From: Escherichia coli
GTDB taxonomy: Bacteria; Pseudomonadota; Gammaproteobacteria; Enterobacterales; Enterobacteriaceae
DNA: 64,000 bases
Reading direction: 5' to 3' (one strand)
Assembly: GCF_024700885.2 (NCBI RefSeq)
Contig: NZ_CP117016.1
A program made the position numbers and the translations under genes. Positions 44,171 to 56,345 of this stretch are shown here, in pieces. The number at the start of each line of letters is the position of its first letter. Position 1 is the stretch's first letter. The notes beneath the pieces are model-generated. The model did not search any database and was not told where the DNA came from. It saw only the letters and a program-made list of their open reading frames with translations.

Positions 44171-44327
44171 ATGAAGAAAATATGGAGAAAAACGACAGGG
44201 AAAAAGGAGAAATTCTCAATAAATGCGGTAACTTAGAGATTAGGATTGCGGAGAATAACAACTGCCGTTCTCATCGCGTAATCTCCGGATATCGACCCAT
44301 AACGGGCAATGATAAAAGGAGTAACCT

Positions 44328-44624
44328 GTGAAAAAGATGCAATCTATCGTACTCGCACTTTCCCTGGTTCTGGTCGCTCCCATGGCAGCGCAGGCTGCGG
44401 AAATTACGTTAGTCCCGTCAGTAAAATTACAGATAGGCGATCGTGATAATCGTGGCTATTACTGGGATGGCGGTCACTGGCGCGACCACGGCTGGTGGAA
44501 ACAACATTATGAATGGCGAGGCAATCGCTGGCACCCATATGGACCGCCGCCATCGCCGCGCCATAACAAGCACAATGATCATCGTGGCGATCATCGTCCG
44601 GGGCCTGACAAACATCATCGCTAA
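44328..44624 (+). CDS. yaaX: Secreted His/Arg/Trp-rich small protein YaaX (DUF2502)
   Basis: 98-aa product with signal peptide and repeated HR/WR motifs. Confidence 0.8.
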   Translation: MKKMQSIVLALSLVLVAPMAAQAAEITLVPSVKLQIGDRDNRGYYWDGGHWRDHGWWKQHYEWRGNRWHPYGPPPSPRHNKHNDHRGDHRPGPDKHHR

Positions 44625-44663
44625 ATATCAATGCCGGATTGCCATCCGGCATTGACTGCAAAC

Positions 44664-45440
44664 TTAACGCTGCTCGTAGCGTTTAAACACCAGTTCGCCG
44701 TTGCTGGAGGAAGCTTCATCAAAGAAGTAACCTTCGCTATTAAAACCAGTCAGTTGCTCTGGTTTGGTCAGCCGATTTTCAATAATGAAACGACTCATCA
44801 GACCGCGTGCTTTCTTAGCGTAGAAGCTGATGATCTTAAATTTGCCGTTCTTCTCATCGAGGAACACCGGCTTGATAATCTCGGCATTCAATTTCTTCGG
44901 CTTCACCGATTTAAAATACTCATCTGACGCCAGATTTATCACCACATTATCGCCTTGTGCTGCGAGCGCCTCGTTCAGCTTGTTGGTGATGATATCTCCC
45001 CAGAATTGATACAGATCTTTCCCTCGGGCATTCTCAAGACGGATCCCCATTTCCAGACGATAAGGCTGCATTAAATCGAGCGGGCGCAGTACGCCATACA
45101 AGCCGGAAAGCATTCGCAAATGCTGTTGGGCAAAATCGAAATCGTCTTCGCTGAAGGTTTCGGCCTGCAAGCCGGTGTAGACATCACCTTTAAACGCCAG
45201 AATCGCCTGGCGGGCATTCTCCGGCGTGAAATCTGGCTGCCAGTCATGAAAGCGAGCGGCGTTGATACCCGCCAGTTTGTCGCTGATGCGCATCAGCGTG
45301 CTAATCTGCGGAGGCGTCAGTTTCCGCGCTTCATGGATCAACTGCTGGGAATTGTCTAACAGCTCCGGCAGCGTATAGCGCGTGGTGGGCAACGGGCTTT
45401 GGTAATCGAGCGTTTTCGCAGGTGAAATAAGAATCAGCAT
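44664..45440 (-). CDS. yaaA: Peroxide stress protein YaaA
   Basis: 258-aa product [17 protein letters not shown]... Confidence 0.9.
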   Translation of the reverse strand: MLILISPAKTLDYQSPLPTTRYTLPELLDNSQQLIHEARKLTPPQISTLMRISDKLAGINAARFHDWQPDFTPENARQAILAFKGDVYTGLQAETFSEDDFDFAQQHLRMLSGLYGVLRPLDLMQPYRLEMGIRLENARGKDLYQFWGDIITNKLNEALAAQGDNVVINLASDEYFKSVKPKKLNAEIIKPVFLDEKNGKFKIISFYAKKARGLMSRFIIENRLTKPEQLTGFNSEGYFFDEASSSNGELVFKRYEQR

Positions 45441-45509
45441 ATCCAGTCCTTGCAGGAAATTTATGCCGACTTTAGCAAAAAAAGAGAATGAGTTGATCGA
45501 TAGTTGTGA

Positions 45510-46940
45510 TTACTCCTGCGAAACATCATCCCACGCGTCCGGAGAAAGCTGGCGACCGATATCCGGATAACGCAACGGATCAAACACCGGGCGCACGCCG
45601 AGTTTACGCTGGCGTAGATAATCACTGGCAATGGTATGAACCACAGGCGAGAGCAGTAATATGGCGGTCAAATTGGTAATAGCCATGCAGGCCATAATGA
45701 TATCTGCCAGTTGCCACATCAGCGGAAGACTTAGCAAGGTGCCGCCGATGACCGTTGCGAAGGTGCAGATTCGCAGACACCAGATCGCTTTAGGGTTGTT
45801 CAGACGTAAGAAGAAGAGATTGTTTTCGGCATAAATGTAGTTGGCAACGATGGAGCTGAAGGCAAACAGAATAACCACGAGGGTAACAAACTCCGCACCC
45901 CAGGAACCCATTAACACCCGCATCGCCTTCTGGATAAGCTGAATACCTTCCAGCGGCATGTAGGTTGTGCCGTTACCCGCCAGTAATATCAGCATGGCGC
46001 TTGCCGTACAGATGACCAGGGTGTCGATAAAAATGCCAATCATCTGGACAATTCCTTGCGCTGCGGGATGCGGAGGCCAGGACGCAGCCGCCGCTGCCGC
46101 GTTTGGCGTCGACCCCATTCCCGCCTCATTGGAAAACATACTGCGCTGAAAACCGTTAGTAATCGCCTGGCTTAAGGTATATCCCGCCGCGCCGCCTGCC
46201 GCTTCCTGCCAGCCAAAAGCACTCTCAAAAATAGACCAAATGACGTGGGGAAGTTGCCCGATATTCATTACGCAAATTACCAGGCTGGTCAGTACCCAGA
46301 TTAACGCCATCAACGGGACAAACCCCTGCATGAGCCGGGCGACGCCATGAAGACCGCGAGTGATTGCCAGCAGAGCAAAGACAGCAAGAATAATGCCTGT
46401 CACCAGCGGAGGAAAATCAAAAGAAAAACTCAGGGCGCGGGCAACGGCGTTCGCCTGAACTCCGCTGAAAATTATGCCGTAGGCGATGAGCAAAAAGAGG
46501 GCGAACAGAACGCCCATCCAGCGCATCCCCAGCCCGCGCGCCATATACCATGCCGGTCCGCCACGAAACTGCCCATTAACGTCACGTTCTTTATAAAGTT
46601 GTGCAAGGGAACATTCGGCAAACGAGGTCGCCATGCCGATAAACGCGGCAACCCACATCCAGAAGACGGCTCCAGGTCCACCGGCGGTAATAGCCAGCGC
46701 AACGCCGGCCAGGTTGCCGCTACCCACGCGTGCCGCAAGACTGGTACACAATGACTGAAATGAGGTTAAACCGCCTGGCTGTGGATGAATGCTATTTTTA
46801 AGACTTTTGCCAAACTGGCGGATGTAGCGAAACTGCACAAATCCGGTGCGAAAAGTGAACCAACAACCTGCGCCGAAGAGCAGGTAAATCATTACCGATC
46901 CCCAAAGGACGCTGTTAATAAAGGAGAAAAAATCTGGCAT
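45510..46940 (-). CDS. yaaJ: Alanine/sodium symporter family transporter YaaJ
   Basis: 476-aa multi-TM product MPDFFSFINSVLWGSVMIYLLFGAG... Confidence 0.9.
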   Translation of the reverse strand: MPDFFSFINSVLWGSVMIYLLFGAGCWFTFRTGFVQFRYIRQFGKSLKNSIHPQPGGLTSFQSLCTSLAARVGSGNLAGVALAITAGGPGAVFWMWVAAFIGMATSFAECSLAQLYKERDVNGQFRGGPAWYMARGLGMRWMGVLFALFLLIAYGIIFSGVQANAVARALSFSFDFPPLVTGIILAVFALLAITRGLHGVARLMQGFVPLMALIWVLTSLVICVMNIGQLPHVIWSIFESAFGWQEAAGGAAGYTLSQAITNGFQRSMFSNEAGMGSTPNAAAAAASWPPHPAAQGIVQMIGIFIDTLVICTASAMLILLAGNGTTYMPLEGIQLIQKAMRVLMGSWGAEFVTLVVILFAFSSIVANYIYAENNLFFLRLNNPKAIWCLRICTFATVIGGTLLSLPLMWQLADIIMACMAITNLTAILLLSPVVHTIASDYLRQRKLGVRPVFDPLRYPDIGRQLSPDAWDDVSQE

Positions 46941-47218
46941 GCATATCCCTCTTATTGCCGGTCGCGATGACTTTCCTGTGTAAACGTTACCAATTGTTTA
47001 AGAAGTATATACGCTACGAGGTACTTGATAACTTCTGCGTAGCATACATGAGGTTTTGTATAAAAATGGCGGGCGATATCAACGCAGTGTCAGAAATCTG
47101 AAACAGTCTCGCCTGGCGATAACCGTCTTGTCGGCGGTTGCGCTGACGTTGCGTCGTGATATCATCAGGGCAGACCGGTTACATCCCCCTAACAAGCTGT
47201 TTAAAGAGAAATACTATC

Positions 47219-48172
47219 ATGACGGACAAATTGACCTCCCTTCGTCAGTACACCACCGTAGTGGCCGACACTGGGGACATCGCGGCAATGAAGCTGTATC
47301 AACCGCAGGATGCCACAACCAACCCTTCTCTCATTCTTAACGCAGCGCAGATTCCGGAATACCGTAAGTTGATTGATGATGCTGTCGCCTGGGCGAAACA
47401 GCAGAGCAACGATCGCGCGCAGCAGATCGTGGACGCGACCGACAAACTGGCAGTAAATATTGGTCTGGAAATCCTGAAACTGGTTCCGGGCCGTATCTCA
47501 ACTGAAGTTGATGCGCGTCTTTCCTATGACACCGAAGCGTCAATTGCGAAAGCAAAACGCCTGATCAAACTCTACAACGATGCAGGGATTAGCAACGATC
47601 GTATTCTGATCAAACTGGCTTCTACCTGGCAGGGTATCCGTGCTGCAGAACAGCTGGAAAAAGAAGGTATCAACTGTAACCTGACCCTGCTGTTCTCCTT
47701 CGCTCAGGCTCGTGCTTGTGCGGAAGCAGGCGTGTTCCTGATCTCGCCATTTGTTGGCCGTATTCTTGACTGGTACAAAGCGAATACTGATAAGAAAGAG
47801 TACGCTCCGGCAGAAGATCCGGGCGTGGTTTCTGTATCTGAAATCTACCAGTACTACAAAGAGCACGGTTATGAAACCGTGGTTATGGGCGCAAGCTTCC
47901 GTAACATCGGCGAAATTCTGGAACTGGCAGGTTGCGACCGTCTGACCATCGCACCGGCACTGCTGAAAGAGCTGGCTGAGAGCGAAGGGGCTATCGAACG
48001 TAAACTGTCTTACACCGGCGAAGTGAAAGCGCGTCCGGCGCGTATCACTGAGTCCGAGTTCCTGTGGCAGCATAACCAGGATCCAATGGCAGTAGATAAA
48101 CTGGCGGAAGGTATCCGTAAGTTTGCTGTTGACCAGGAAAAACTGGAAAAAATGATCGGCGATCTGCTGTAA
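47219..48172 (+). CDS. talB: Transaldolase B
   Basis: 317-aa product [40 protein letters not shown]... Confidence 0.95.
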
Positions 48173-48286
48173 TCATTCTTAGCGTGACCGGGAAGTCGGT
48201 CACGCTACCTCTTCTGAAGCCTGTCTGTCACTCCCTTCGCAGTGTATCATTCTGTTTAACGAGACTGTTTAAACGGAAAAATCTTG

Positions 48287-48874
48287 ATGAATACTTTACG
48301 TATTGGCTTAGTTTCCATCTCTGATCGCGCATCCAGCGGCGTTTATCAGGATAAAGGCATCCCTGCGTTGGAAGAATGGCTGACATCGGCGCTAACCACG
48401 CCGTTTGAACTGGAAACCCGCTTAATCCCCGACGAGCAGGCGATCATCGAGCAAACGTTGTGTGAGCTGGTGGATGAAATGAGTTGCCATCTGGTGCTCA
48501 CCACGGGCGGAACTGGCCCGGCGCGTCGTGACGTAACGCCCGATGCGACGCTGGCAGTAGCGGACCGCGAGATGCCAGGCTTTGGTGAACAGATGCGCCA
48601 GATCAGCCTGCATTTTGTACCAACTGCGATCCTTTCGCGTCAGGTGGGCGTGATTCGCAAACAGGCGCTGATCCTTAACTTACCCGGTCAGCCGAAGTCT
48701 ATTAAAGAGACGCTGGAAGGTGTAAAGGACGCTGAGGGTAACGTTGTGGTGCACGGTATTTTTGCCAGCGTACCGTACTGCATTCAGTTGCTGGAAGGGC
48801 CATACGTTGAAACGGCACCGGAAGTGGTTGCTGCATTCAGACCGAAGAGTGCAAGACGCGAAGTTAGCGAATAA
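48287..48874 (+). CDS. mog: Molybdopterin adenylyltransferase Mog
   Basis: 195-aa product MNTLRIGLVSISDRASSGVY... Confidence 0.9.
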   Translation: MNTLRIGLVSISDRASSGVYQDKGIPALEEWLTSALTTPFELETRLIPDEQAIIEQTLCELVDEMSCHLVLTTGGTGPARRDVTPDATLAVADREMPGFGEQMRQISLHFVPTAILSRQVGVIRKQALILNLPGQPKSIKETLEGVKDAEGNVVVHGIFASVPYCIQLLEGPYVETAPEVVAAFRPKSARREVSE

Positions 48875-48905
48875 AAAAATCCCCCCGAGCGGGGGGATCT
48901 CAAAA
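48872..48905. terminator. Bidirectional terminator between mog and satP
   Basis: Hairpin atccccccg agc ggggggat flanked by A-run. Confidence 0.6.
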
Positions 48906-48908
48906 CAA

Positions 48909-49475
48909 TTAGTGCGATTCACCAATCGGCAGAACGGTGCGACCAAACTGCTCGTTCAGCACTTCACCCATCGCCAGATAGATTGCGCTGGCACCGCAGA
49001 TCAGACCAATCCAGCCGGCAAAGTGGATGATCGCGGCATTACCGACAATGTTACCGATCGCCAGCAGGGCAAACAGCACGGTCAGGCTAAAGAAAACGAA
49101 TTGCAGAACGCGTGCGCCTTTCAGCGTGCCGAAGAACATAAACAGCGTAAATACGCCCCACAGACCCAGGTAGACACCAAGGAACTGTGCATTTGGCGCA
49201 TCGGTCAGACCCAGTTTCGGCATCAGCAGAATCGCAACCAGCGTCAGCCAGAAAGAACCGTAAGAGGTGAATGCGGTTAAACCGAAAGTGTTGCCTTTTT
49301 TGTACTCCAGCAGACCAGCAAAAATTTGCGCGATGCCGCCGTAGAAAATGCCCATTGCAAGAATAATACCGTCAAGAGCGAAATAACCCACGTTGTGCAG
49401 GTTAAGCAGAATGGTGGTCATGCCGAAGCCCATCAGGCCCAGCGGTGCCGGATTAGCCAACTTAGTGTTGCCCAT
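48909..49475 (-). CDS. satP: Succinate-acetate/proton symporter SatP (YaaH)
   Basis: 188-aa product MGNTKLANPAPLGLMGFGMTTILLNLHNVG... Confidence 0.9.
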   Translation of the reverse strand: MGNTKLANPAPLGLMGFGMTTILLNLHNVGYFALDGIILAMGIFYGGIAQIFAGLLEYKKGNTFGLTAFTSYGSFWLTLVAILLMPKLGLTDAPNAQFLGVYLGLWGVFTLFMFFGTLKGARVLQFVFFSLTVLFALLAIGNIVGNAAIIHFAGWIGLICGASAIYLAMGEVLNEQFGRTVLPIGESH

Positions 49476-49623
49476 AATTCCTCAAAAATCATCATCGAAT
49501 GAATGGTGAAATAATTTCCCTGAATAACTGTAGTGTTTTCAGGGCGCGGCATAATAATCAGCCAGTGGGGCAGTGTCTACGATCTTTTGAAGGGAAAATG
49601 AAAATTTTCCCCGGTTTCCGGTA

Positions 49624-50337
49624 TCAGACCTGAGTGGCACTAACCATCCGGCGCAGGCAGGCGATTTGCAGTACGGCTGGAATCGTCACGCGATAGGCGC
49701 TGCCGCTGACCGCTTTAACCCCATTTAGTGCCGCGCCTACAGGGCCTCCCAGCCCCGCGCCGCGCAGCAAACCATGCCCAAGTACGCTCATTGCTGCGTG
49801 GGTGCGTAAAATGCGGGTCAATTGGCTGGAAAGCAAATGCGACACGCCTTTTGCCAATAATTTGTCTTTCATCAGCAGCGGCAGCAGCTCTTCCAGCTCA
49901 TTCACCCTGGCATCGACCGCGTGCAGAAACTCCTGCTTATGTTCCTCGTCCATTTTCTTCCAGGTATTACGCAGAAATTGTTCCAGTAACTGTTGCTCAA
50001 TTTCAAACGTAGACATCTCTTTGTCGGCTTTCAGCTTCAATCGTTTTGAAACATCGAGCAAAATGGCCCGATACAATTTACCGTGTCCGCGCAATTTGTT
50101 GGCGATACTATCGCCACCAAAATGTTGTAATTCTCCGGCAATCAGCTGCCAGTTGCGGCGGTGTTGCTCGGGATGTCCTTCCATCGATTTAAACAGTTCG
50201 TTGCGCATCAGTACGCTGGAGAGGCGAGTTTTGCCTTTTTCATTATGGGTGAGCAGCCGGGCGAAATTTGCCAATTGTTCCTCACTACAATGCTGGAGAA
50301 AATCCAGATCTGAATCATTCAGGTAATTAACATTCAT
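49624..50337 (-). CDS. yaaW: UPF0174 protein YaaW
   Basis: 237-aa product at the conserved position between satP and yaaI. Confidence 0.85.
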   Translation of the reverse strand: MNVNYLNDSDLDFLQHCSEEQLANFARLLTHNEKGKTRLSSVLMRNELFKSMEGHPEQHRRNWQLIAGELQHFGGDSIANKLRGHGKLYRAILLDVSKRLKLKADKEMSTFEIEQQLLEQFLRNTWKKMDEEHKQEFLHAVDARVNELEELLPLLMKDKLLAKGVSHLLSSQLTRILRTHAAMSVLGHGLLRGAGLGGPVGAALNGVKAVSGSAYRVTIPAVLQIACLRRMVSATQV

Positions 50338-50362
50338 TTTTTGTGGCTTCTATATTCTGGCG

Positions 50363-50767
50363 TTAGTCGTCGCCGATAATTTTCAGCGTGGCCATATCCG
50401 ATGAGTTCACCGTATGGCCGGAAAAGGTGATTTTTGAGACGCAGCGTTTATTGTCGTTATCGCTGTTAATGTTGATCCAGTCAGTGGTTTGCCCTTCTTT
50501 TATTTCTGAAGGAATATTCAGGCTCTGACTGGCGCTACGGGCGGCTTTGAAATAAACCGATGCACCGCTTAACTGCAAATCGCCATGGTCGGCAGTGAGT
50601 TGAATGCGTTTAACAATGCGACAAACAGGAAGTTTCAGCGCCAGATCGTTGGTTTCGTTACGCGGCATCGCAATGACGCCGAGGATTTTATGGTTGTTTG
50701 CCTGCGCCGTGCAGCACAGCAGCAGGCTAATCGCCAGGCTGGCGGAAAGCGTAAAAACGGATTTCAT
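50363..50767 (-). CDS. yaaI: DUF2541 secreted protein YaaI
   Basis: 134-aa product [23 protein letters not shown]... Confidence 0.8.
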   Translation of the reverse strand: MKSVFTLSASLAISLLLCCTAQANNHKILGVIAMPRNETNDLALKLPVCRIVKRIQLTADHGDLQLSGASVYFKAARSASQSLNIPSEIKEGQTTDWININSDNDNKRCVSKITFSGHTVNSSDMATLKIIGDD

Positions 50768-50989
50768 AAGGATTCTCTTAGTGGGGAGAGGTAGGGGATG
50801 AATACCCACTAGTTTACTGCTGATAAAGAGAAGATTCAGGTACGTAATATTTTCTTTTTATTACAATTTTTCTATGAATGTCTTGGCTGTCATTCATTCT
50901 CTATATGAATAAAATTGCTGTCAGTTTCGTGTCTTGTTCTGGCATATCGCGAAATTTCTGCGCAAAAGCACAAAAAATTTTTGCATCTC

Positions 50990-51095
50990 CCCCTTGATGA
51001 CGTGGGTTACGACCCCATTTAGTAGTCAACCGCAGTGAGTGAGTCTGCAAAAAAATGAAATTGGGCAGTTGAAACCAGACGTTTCGCCCCTATTA
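50990..51095 (+). promoter_or_regulatory. dnaK heat-shock (sigma-32) promoters P1/P2
   Basis: cccccttgatgacgtgggttacgaccccattta (-35 CTTGA / -10 CCCCATTT) and downstream ttgaaa ... gcccctatt, 50-150 bp upstream of dnaK. Confidence 0.6.
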
Positions 51096-51142
51096 CAGAC
51101 TCACAACCACATGATGACCGAATATATAGTGGAGACGTTTAG

Positions 51143-53059
51143 ATGGGTAAAATAATTGGTATCGACCTGGGTACTACCAACTCTTGTGTAGCGATTATGG
51201 ATGGCACCACTCCTCGTGTACTGGAGAACGCCGAAGGCGATCGCACCACGCCTTCTATCATTGCCTATACCCAGGATGGTGAAACTCTGGTTGGTCAGCC
51301 GGCTAAACGTCAGGCAGTGACGAACCCGCAAAACACCCTGTTTGCGATTAAACGCCTGATTGGCCGCCGCTTCCAGGACGAAGAAGTACAGCGTGATGTT
51401 TCCATCATGCCGTTCAAAATTATTGCTGCTGATAACGGCGACGCATGGGTCGAAGTTAAAGGCCAGAAAATGGCACCGCCGCAGATCTCTGCTGAAGTGC
51501 TGAAAAAAATGAAGAAAACCGCTGAAGATTACCTGGGTGAACCGGTAACTGAAGCTGTTATTACCGTACCGGCATACTTTAACGATGCTCAGCGTCAGGC
51601 AACCAAAGACGCAGGCCGTATCGCTGGTCTGGAAGTAAAACGTATCATCAACGAACCGACCGCAGCTGCGCTGGCTTACGGTCTGGACAAAGGTACTGGC
51701 AACCGTACTATCGCGGTTTATGACCTGGGTGGTGGTACTTTCGATATTTCTATTATCGAAATCGACGAAGTTGACGGCGAAAAAACCTTCGAAGTTCTGG
51801 CTACCAACGGTGATACCCACCTGGGTGGTGAAGACTTCGACAGCCGTCTGATCAACTACCTGGTTGAAGAATTCAAGAAAGATCAGGGCATTGACCTGCG
51901 CAACGATCCGCTGGCAATGCAGCGCCTGAAAGAAGCGGCAGAAAAAGCGAAAATCGAACTGTCTTCCGCTCAGCAGACCGACGTTAACCTGCCGTACATC
52001 ACTGCAGACGCGACCGGTCCGAAACACATGAACATCAAAGTGACTCGTGCGAAACTGGAAAGCCTAGTTGAAGATCTGGTAAACCGTTCCATTGAGCCGC
52101 TGAAAGTTGCACTGCAGGACGCTGGCCTGTCCGTATCTGATATCGACGACGTTATCCTCGTTGGTGGTCAGACTCGTATGCCAATGGTTCAGAAGAAAGT
52201 TGCTGAGTTCTTTGGTAAAGAGCCGCGTAAAGACGTTAACCCGGACGAAGCTGTAGCAATCGGTGCTGCTGTTCAGGGTGGTGTTCTGACTGGTGACGTA
52301 AAAGACGTACTGCTGCTGGACGTTACCCCGCTGTCTCTGGGTATCGAAACCATGGGCGGTGTGATGACGACGCTGATCGCGAAAAATACCACTATCCCGA
52401 CCAAGCACAGCCAGGTGTTCTCTACCGCTGAAGACAACCAGTCTGCGGTAACCATCCATGTGCTGCAGGGTGAACGTAAACGTGCGGCTGATAACAAATC
52501 TCTGGGTCAGTTCAACCTGGATGGTATCAACCCGGCACCGCGCGGCATGCCGCAGATCGAAGTTACCTTCGATATCGATGCTGACGGTATCCTGCACGTT
52601 TCCGCGAAAGATAAAAACAGCGGTAAAGAGCAGAAGATCACCATCAAGGCTTCTTCTGGTCTGAACGAAGATGAAATCCAGAAAATGGTACGCGACGCAG
52701 AAGCTAACGCCGAAGCTGACCGTAAGTTTGAAGAGCTGGTTCAGACTCGCAACCAGGGCGATCATCTGCTGCACAGCACCCGTAAGCAGGTTGAAGAAGC
52801 AGGCGACAAACTGCCGGCTGACGACAAAACTGCTATCGAGTCTGCGCTGACTGCACTGGAAACTGCTCTGAAAGGTGAAGACAAAGCCGCTATCGAAGCG
52901 AAAATGCAGGAACTGGCACAGGTTTCCCAGAAACTGATGGAAATCGCCCAGCAGCAACATGCCCAGCAGCAGACTGCCGGTGCTGATGCTTCTGCAAACA
53001 ACGCGAAAGATGACGATGTTGTCGACGCTGAATTTGAAGAAGTCAAAGACAAAAAATAA
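51143..53059 (+). CDS. dnaK: Chaperone DnaK (Hsp70)
   Basis: 638-aa product [21 protein letters not shown]... Confidence 0.97.
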
Positions 53060-53147
53060 TCGCCCTATAAACGGGTAATTATACTGACACGGGCGAAGGG
53101 GTATTTCCTCTCCGCCCGTGCATTCATCTAGGGGCAATTTAAAAAAG

Positions 53148-54278
53148 ATGGCTAAGCAAGATTATTACGAGATTTTAGGCGTTTCCAAAACAGCGGAAGA
53201 GCGTGAAATCAAAAAGGCCTACAAACGCCTGGCCATGAAATACCACCCGGACCGTAACCAGGGTGACAAAGAGGCCGAGGCGAAATTTAAAGAGATCAAG
53301 GAAGCTTATGAAGTTCTGACCGACTCGCAAAAACGTGCGGCATACGATCAGTATGGTCATGCTGCGTTTGAGCAAGGTGGCATGGGCGGCGGCGGTTTTG
53401 GCGGCGGCGCAGACTTCAGCGATATTTTTGGTGACGTTTTCGGCGATATTTTTGGCGGCGGACGTGGTCGTCAACGTGCGGCGCGCGGTGCTGATTTACG
53501 CTATAACATGGAGCTCACCCTCGAAGAAGCTGTACGTGGCGTGACCAAAGAGATCCGCATTCCGACTCTGGAAGAGTGTGACGTTTGCCACGGTAGCGGT
53601 GCAAAACCAGGTACACAGCCGCAGACCTGTCCGACCTGTCATGGTTCTGGTCAGGTGCAGATGCGCCAGGGCTTCTTCGCTGTACAGCAGACCTGTCCAC
53701 ACTGTCAGGGCCGCGGTACGCTGATCAAAGATCCGTGCAACAAATGTCATGGTCATGGTCGTGTTGAGCGCAGCAAAACGCTGTCCGTTAAAATCCCGGC
53801 AGGAGTGGACACTGGAGACCGCATCCGTCTTGCGGGCGAAGGTGAAGCGGGCGAGCATGGCGCACCGGCAGGCGATCTGTACGTTCAGGTTCAGGTTAAA
53901 CAGCACCCGATTTTCGAGCGTGAAGGTAACAACCTGTATTGCGAAGTCCCGATCAACTTCGCTATGGCAGCGCTGGGTGGCGAAATCGAAGTACCGACCC
54001 TTGATGGTCGCGTCAAACTGAAAGTGCCTGGCGAAACCCAGACCGGTAAGCTGTTCCGTATGCGCGGTAAAGGCGTCAAGTCTGTCCGCGGTGGCGCACA
54101 GGGTGATTTGCTGTGCCGCGTTGTCGTCGAAACACCGGTAGGTCTGAACGAGAAGCAGAAACAGCTGCTGCAAGAGCTGCAGGAAAGCTTCGGTGGCCCA
54201 ACCGGCGAGCACAACAGCCCGCGTTCAAAGAGCTTCTTTGATGGTGTGAAGAAGTTTTTCGACGACCTGACTCGCTAA
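53148..54278 (+). CDS. dnaJ: Co-chaperone DnaJ (Hsp40)
   Basis: 376-aa product [37 protein letters not shown]; CxxCxGxG zinc-finger repeats. Confidence 0.95.
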
Positions 54279-54287
54279 CCTCCCCAA

Positions 54288-54310
54288 AAGCCTGCCCGTG
54301 GGCAGGCTTG
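54288..54310. terminator. Hairpin between dnaJ and hokC (likely bidirectional terminator)
   Basis: Inverted repeat aagcctgccc gtg gggcaggctt. Confidence 0.5.
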
Positions 54311-54381
54311 GGTAAAAATAGGGTGCGTTGAAGATATGCGAGCACCTGTAAAGTGGCGGGGATCACTCCCCGCCGTTGCTC

Positions 54382-54534
54382 TTACTCGGATTCGTAAGCC
54401 GTGAAAACAGCAACCTCCGTCTGGCCAGTTCGGATGTGAACCTCACAGAGGTCTTTTCTCGTTACCAGCGCCGCCACTACGGCGGTGATACAGATGACGA
54501 TCAGGGCGACAATCATCGCCTTATGCTGCTTCAT
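54382..54534 (-). CDS. hokC: Type I toxin HokC (Gef)
   Basis: 50-aa product MKQHKAMIVALIVICITAVVAALVTRKDLCEVHIRTGQTEVAVFTAYESE. Confidence 0.85.
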   Translation of the reverse strand: MKQHKAMIVALIVICITAVVAALVTRKDLCEVHIRTGQTEVAVFTAYESE

Positions 54535-54591
54535 TGCTCTCTTCTCCTTGACCTTACGGTCAGTAAGAGGCACTCTACATGTGTTCAGCAT
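54382..54591 (-). CDS. mokC: Overlapping modulator reading frame MokC
   Basis: 69-aa in-frame upstream extension MLNTCRVPLTDRKVKEKRA + HokC. Confidence 0.6.
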   Translation of the reverse strand: MLNTCRVPLTDRKVKEKRAMKQHKAMIVALIVICITAVVAALVTRKDLCEVHIRTGQTEVAVFTAYESE

Positions 54592-54650
54592 ATAGGGGGC
54601 CTCGGGTTGATGGTAAAATATCACTCGGGGCTTTTCTCTATCTGCCGTTC
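54592..54650 (+). ncRNA. sokC: Expected position of SokC antisense RNA (approximate)
   Basis: In hok/sok loci the antitoxin RNA is antisense to the mok leader; boundaries here are inferred, not read from promoter or terminator signals. Confidence 0.3.
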
Positions 54651-55119
54651 AGCTAATGCCTGAGACAGACAGCCTCAAGCACCCGCCGCTATTATATCGC
54701 TCTCTTTAACCCATTCTGTTTTATCGATTCTAATCCTGAAGACGCCTCGCATTTTAATGGCGTAATTTTTTAATGATTTAATTATTTAACTTTAATTTAT
54801 CTCTTTATCGCAATTATTGACGACAAGCTGGATTATTTTTGAAATATTGGCCTAACAAACATTGCCGACTGACAACAAATTAATTATTACTTTTCCTAAT
54901 TAATCCCTCAGAAATCCTCACCTTAAGCTATGATTATCAGGGCTTAGGGTCACTCGTGAGCGCTTACAGCCGTCAAAAACTCATCTCATCGCTGATGGCA
55001 CAAATCCTTCAATGGTTCGTAAAAAACGAATTATTCCTACACTATAATCTGATTTTAACGATGATTCGTGCGGGGTAAGATAGTAAAAACGATCTATTCA
55101 CCTGAAAGAGAAATAAAAA

Positions 55120-56286
55120 GTGAAACATCTGCATCGATTCTTTAGCAGTGATGCCTCGGGAGGCATTATTCTTATCATTGCCGCTATCCTGGCGATGATT
55201 ATGGCCAACAGCGGCGCAACCAGTGGATGGTATCACGACTTTCTGGAGACGCCGGTTCAGCTCCGGGTTGGTTCACTCGAAATCAACAAAAACATGCTGT
55301 TATGGATAAATGACGCGCTGATGGCGGTATTTTTCCTGTTAGTCGGTCTGGAAGTTAAACGTGAACTGATGCAAGGATCGCTAGCCAGCTTACGCCAGGC
55401 TGCATTTCCAGTTATCGCCGCTATTGGTGGGATGATTGTGCCGGCATTGCTCTATCTGGCCTTTAACTATGCCGATCCGATTACCCGCGAAGGGTGGGCG
55501 ATCCCGGCGGCTACTGATATTGCCTTTGCACTTGGTGTGCTGGCGCTGTTGGGAAGTCGTGTTCCGTTAGCGCTGAAGATCTTTTTGATGGCTCTGGCTA
55601 TTATCGACGATCTTGGGGCCATCATTATCATCGCATTGTTCTACACTAATGACTTATCGATGGCCTCTCTTGGTGTCGCGGCTGTAGCAATTGCGGTACT
55701 CGCGGTATTGAATCTGTGTGGTGTACGCCGCACGGGCGTCTATATTCTGGTTGGCGTGGTGTTGTGGACTGCGGTGTTGAAATCGGGGGTTCACGCAACC
55801 CTGGCGGGGGTAATTGTCGGCTTCTTTATTCCTTTGAAAGAGAAGCATGGGCGTTCTCCAGCGAAGCGACTGGAGCATGTGTTGCACCCGTGGGTGGCGT
55901 ATCTGATTTTGCCGCTGTTTGCATTTGCTAATGCTGGCGTTTCACTGCAAGGTGTCACGCTGGATGGCTTGACCTCCATTCTGCCATTGGGGATCATCGC
56001 TGGTTTACTGATTGGCAAACCGCTGGGGATTAGTCTGTTCTGCTGGTTGGCGCTGCGTTTGAAACTGGCGCATCTGCCTGAGGGAACGACTTATCAGCAA
56101 ATTATGGCGGTGGGGATCCTGTGCGGTATCGGTTTTACTATGTCTATCTTTATTGCCAGCCTGGCCTTTGGTAGCGTAGATCCAGAACTGATTAACTGGG
56201 CGAAACTCGGTATCCTGGTCGGTTCTATCTCTTCGGCGGTAATTGGATACAGCTGGTTACGCGTTCGTTTGCGTCCATCAGTTTGA
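55120..56286 (+). CDS. nhaA: Na+/H+ antiporter NhaA
   Basis: 388-aa product [31 protein letters not shown]... Confidence 0.95.
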   Translation: MKHLHRFFSSDASGGIILIIAAILAMIMANSGATSGWYHDFLETPVQLRVGSLEINKNMLLWINDALMAVFFLLVGLEVKRELMQGSLASLRQAAFPVIAAIGGMIVPALLYLAFNYADPITREGWAIPAATDIAFALGVLALLGSRVPLALKIFLMALAIIDDLGAIIIIALFYTNDLSMASLGVAAVAIAVLAVLNLCGVRRTGVYILVGVVLWTAVLKSGVHATLAGVIVGFFIPLKEKHGRSPAKRLEHVLHPWVAYLILPLFAFANAGVSLQGVTLDGLTSILPLGIIAGLLIGKPLGISLFCWLALRLKLAHLPEGTTYQQIMAVGILCGIGFTMSIFIASLAFGSVDPELINWAKLGILVGSISSAVIGYSWLRVRLRPSV

Positions 56287-56345
56287 CAGGACGGTTTACC
56301 GGGGAGCCATAAACGGCTCCCTTTTCATTGTTATCAGGGAGAGAA

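Noticed and set aside
51101-53137. Minus-strand ORFs of 308 and 357 aa overlapping dnaK
   Set aside because: Antisense to dnaK, whose identity is unambiguous; frequent artefact in GC-biased highly expressed genes.
54279-54381. Possible IS186 between dnaJ and hokC, and IS1 after nhaR, as in K-12
   Set aside because: No transposase ORF or terminal inverted repeats at either position; the dnaJ-hokC gap is only ~100 bp and the nhaR-downstream region is occupied by fimbrial genes.
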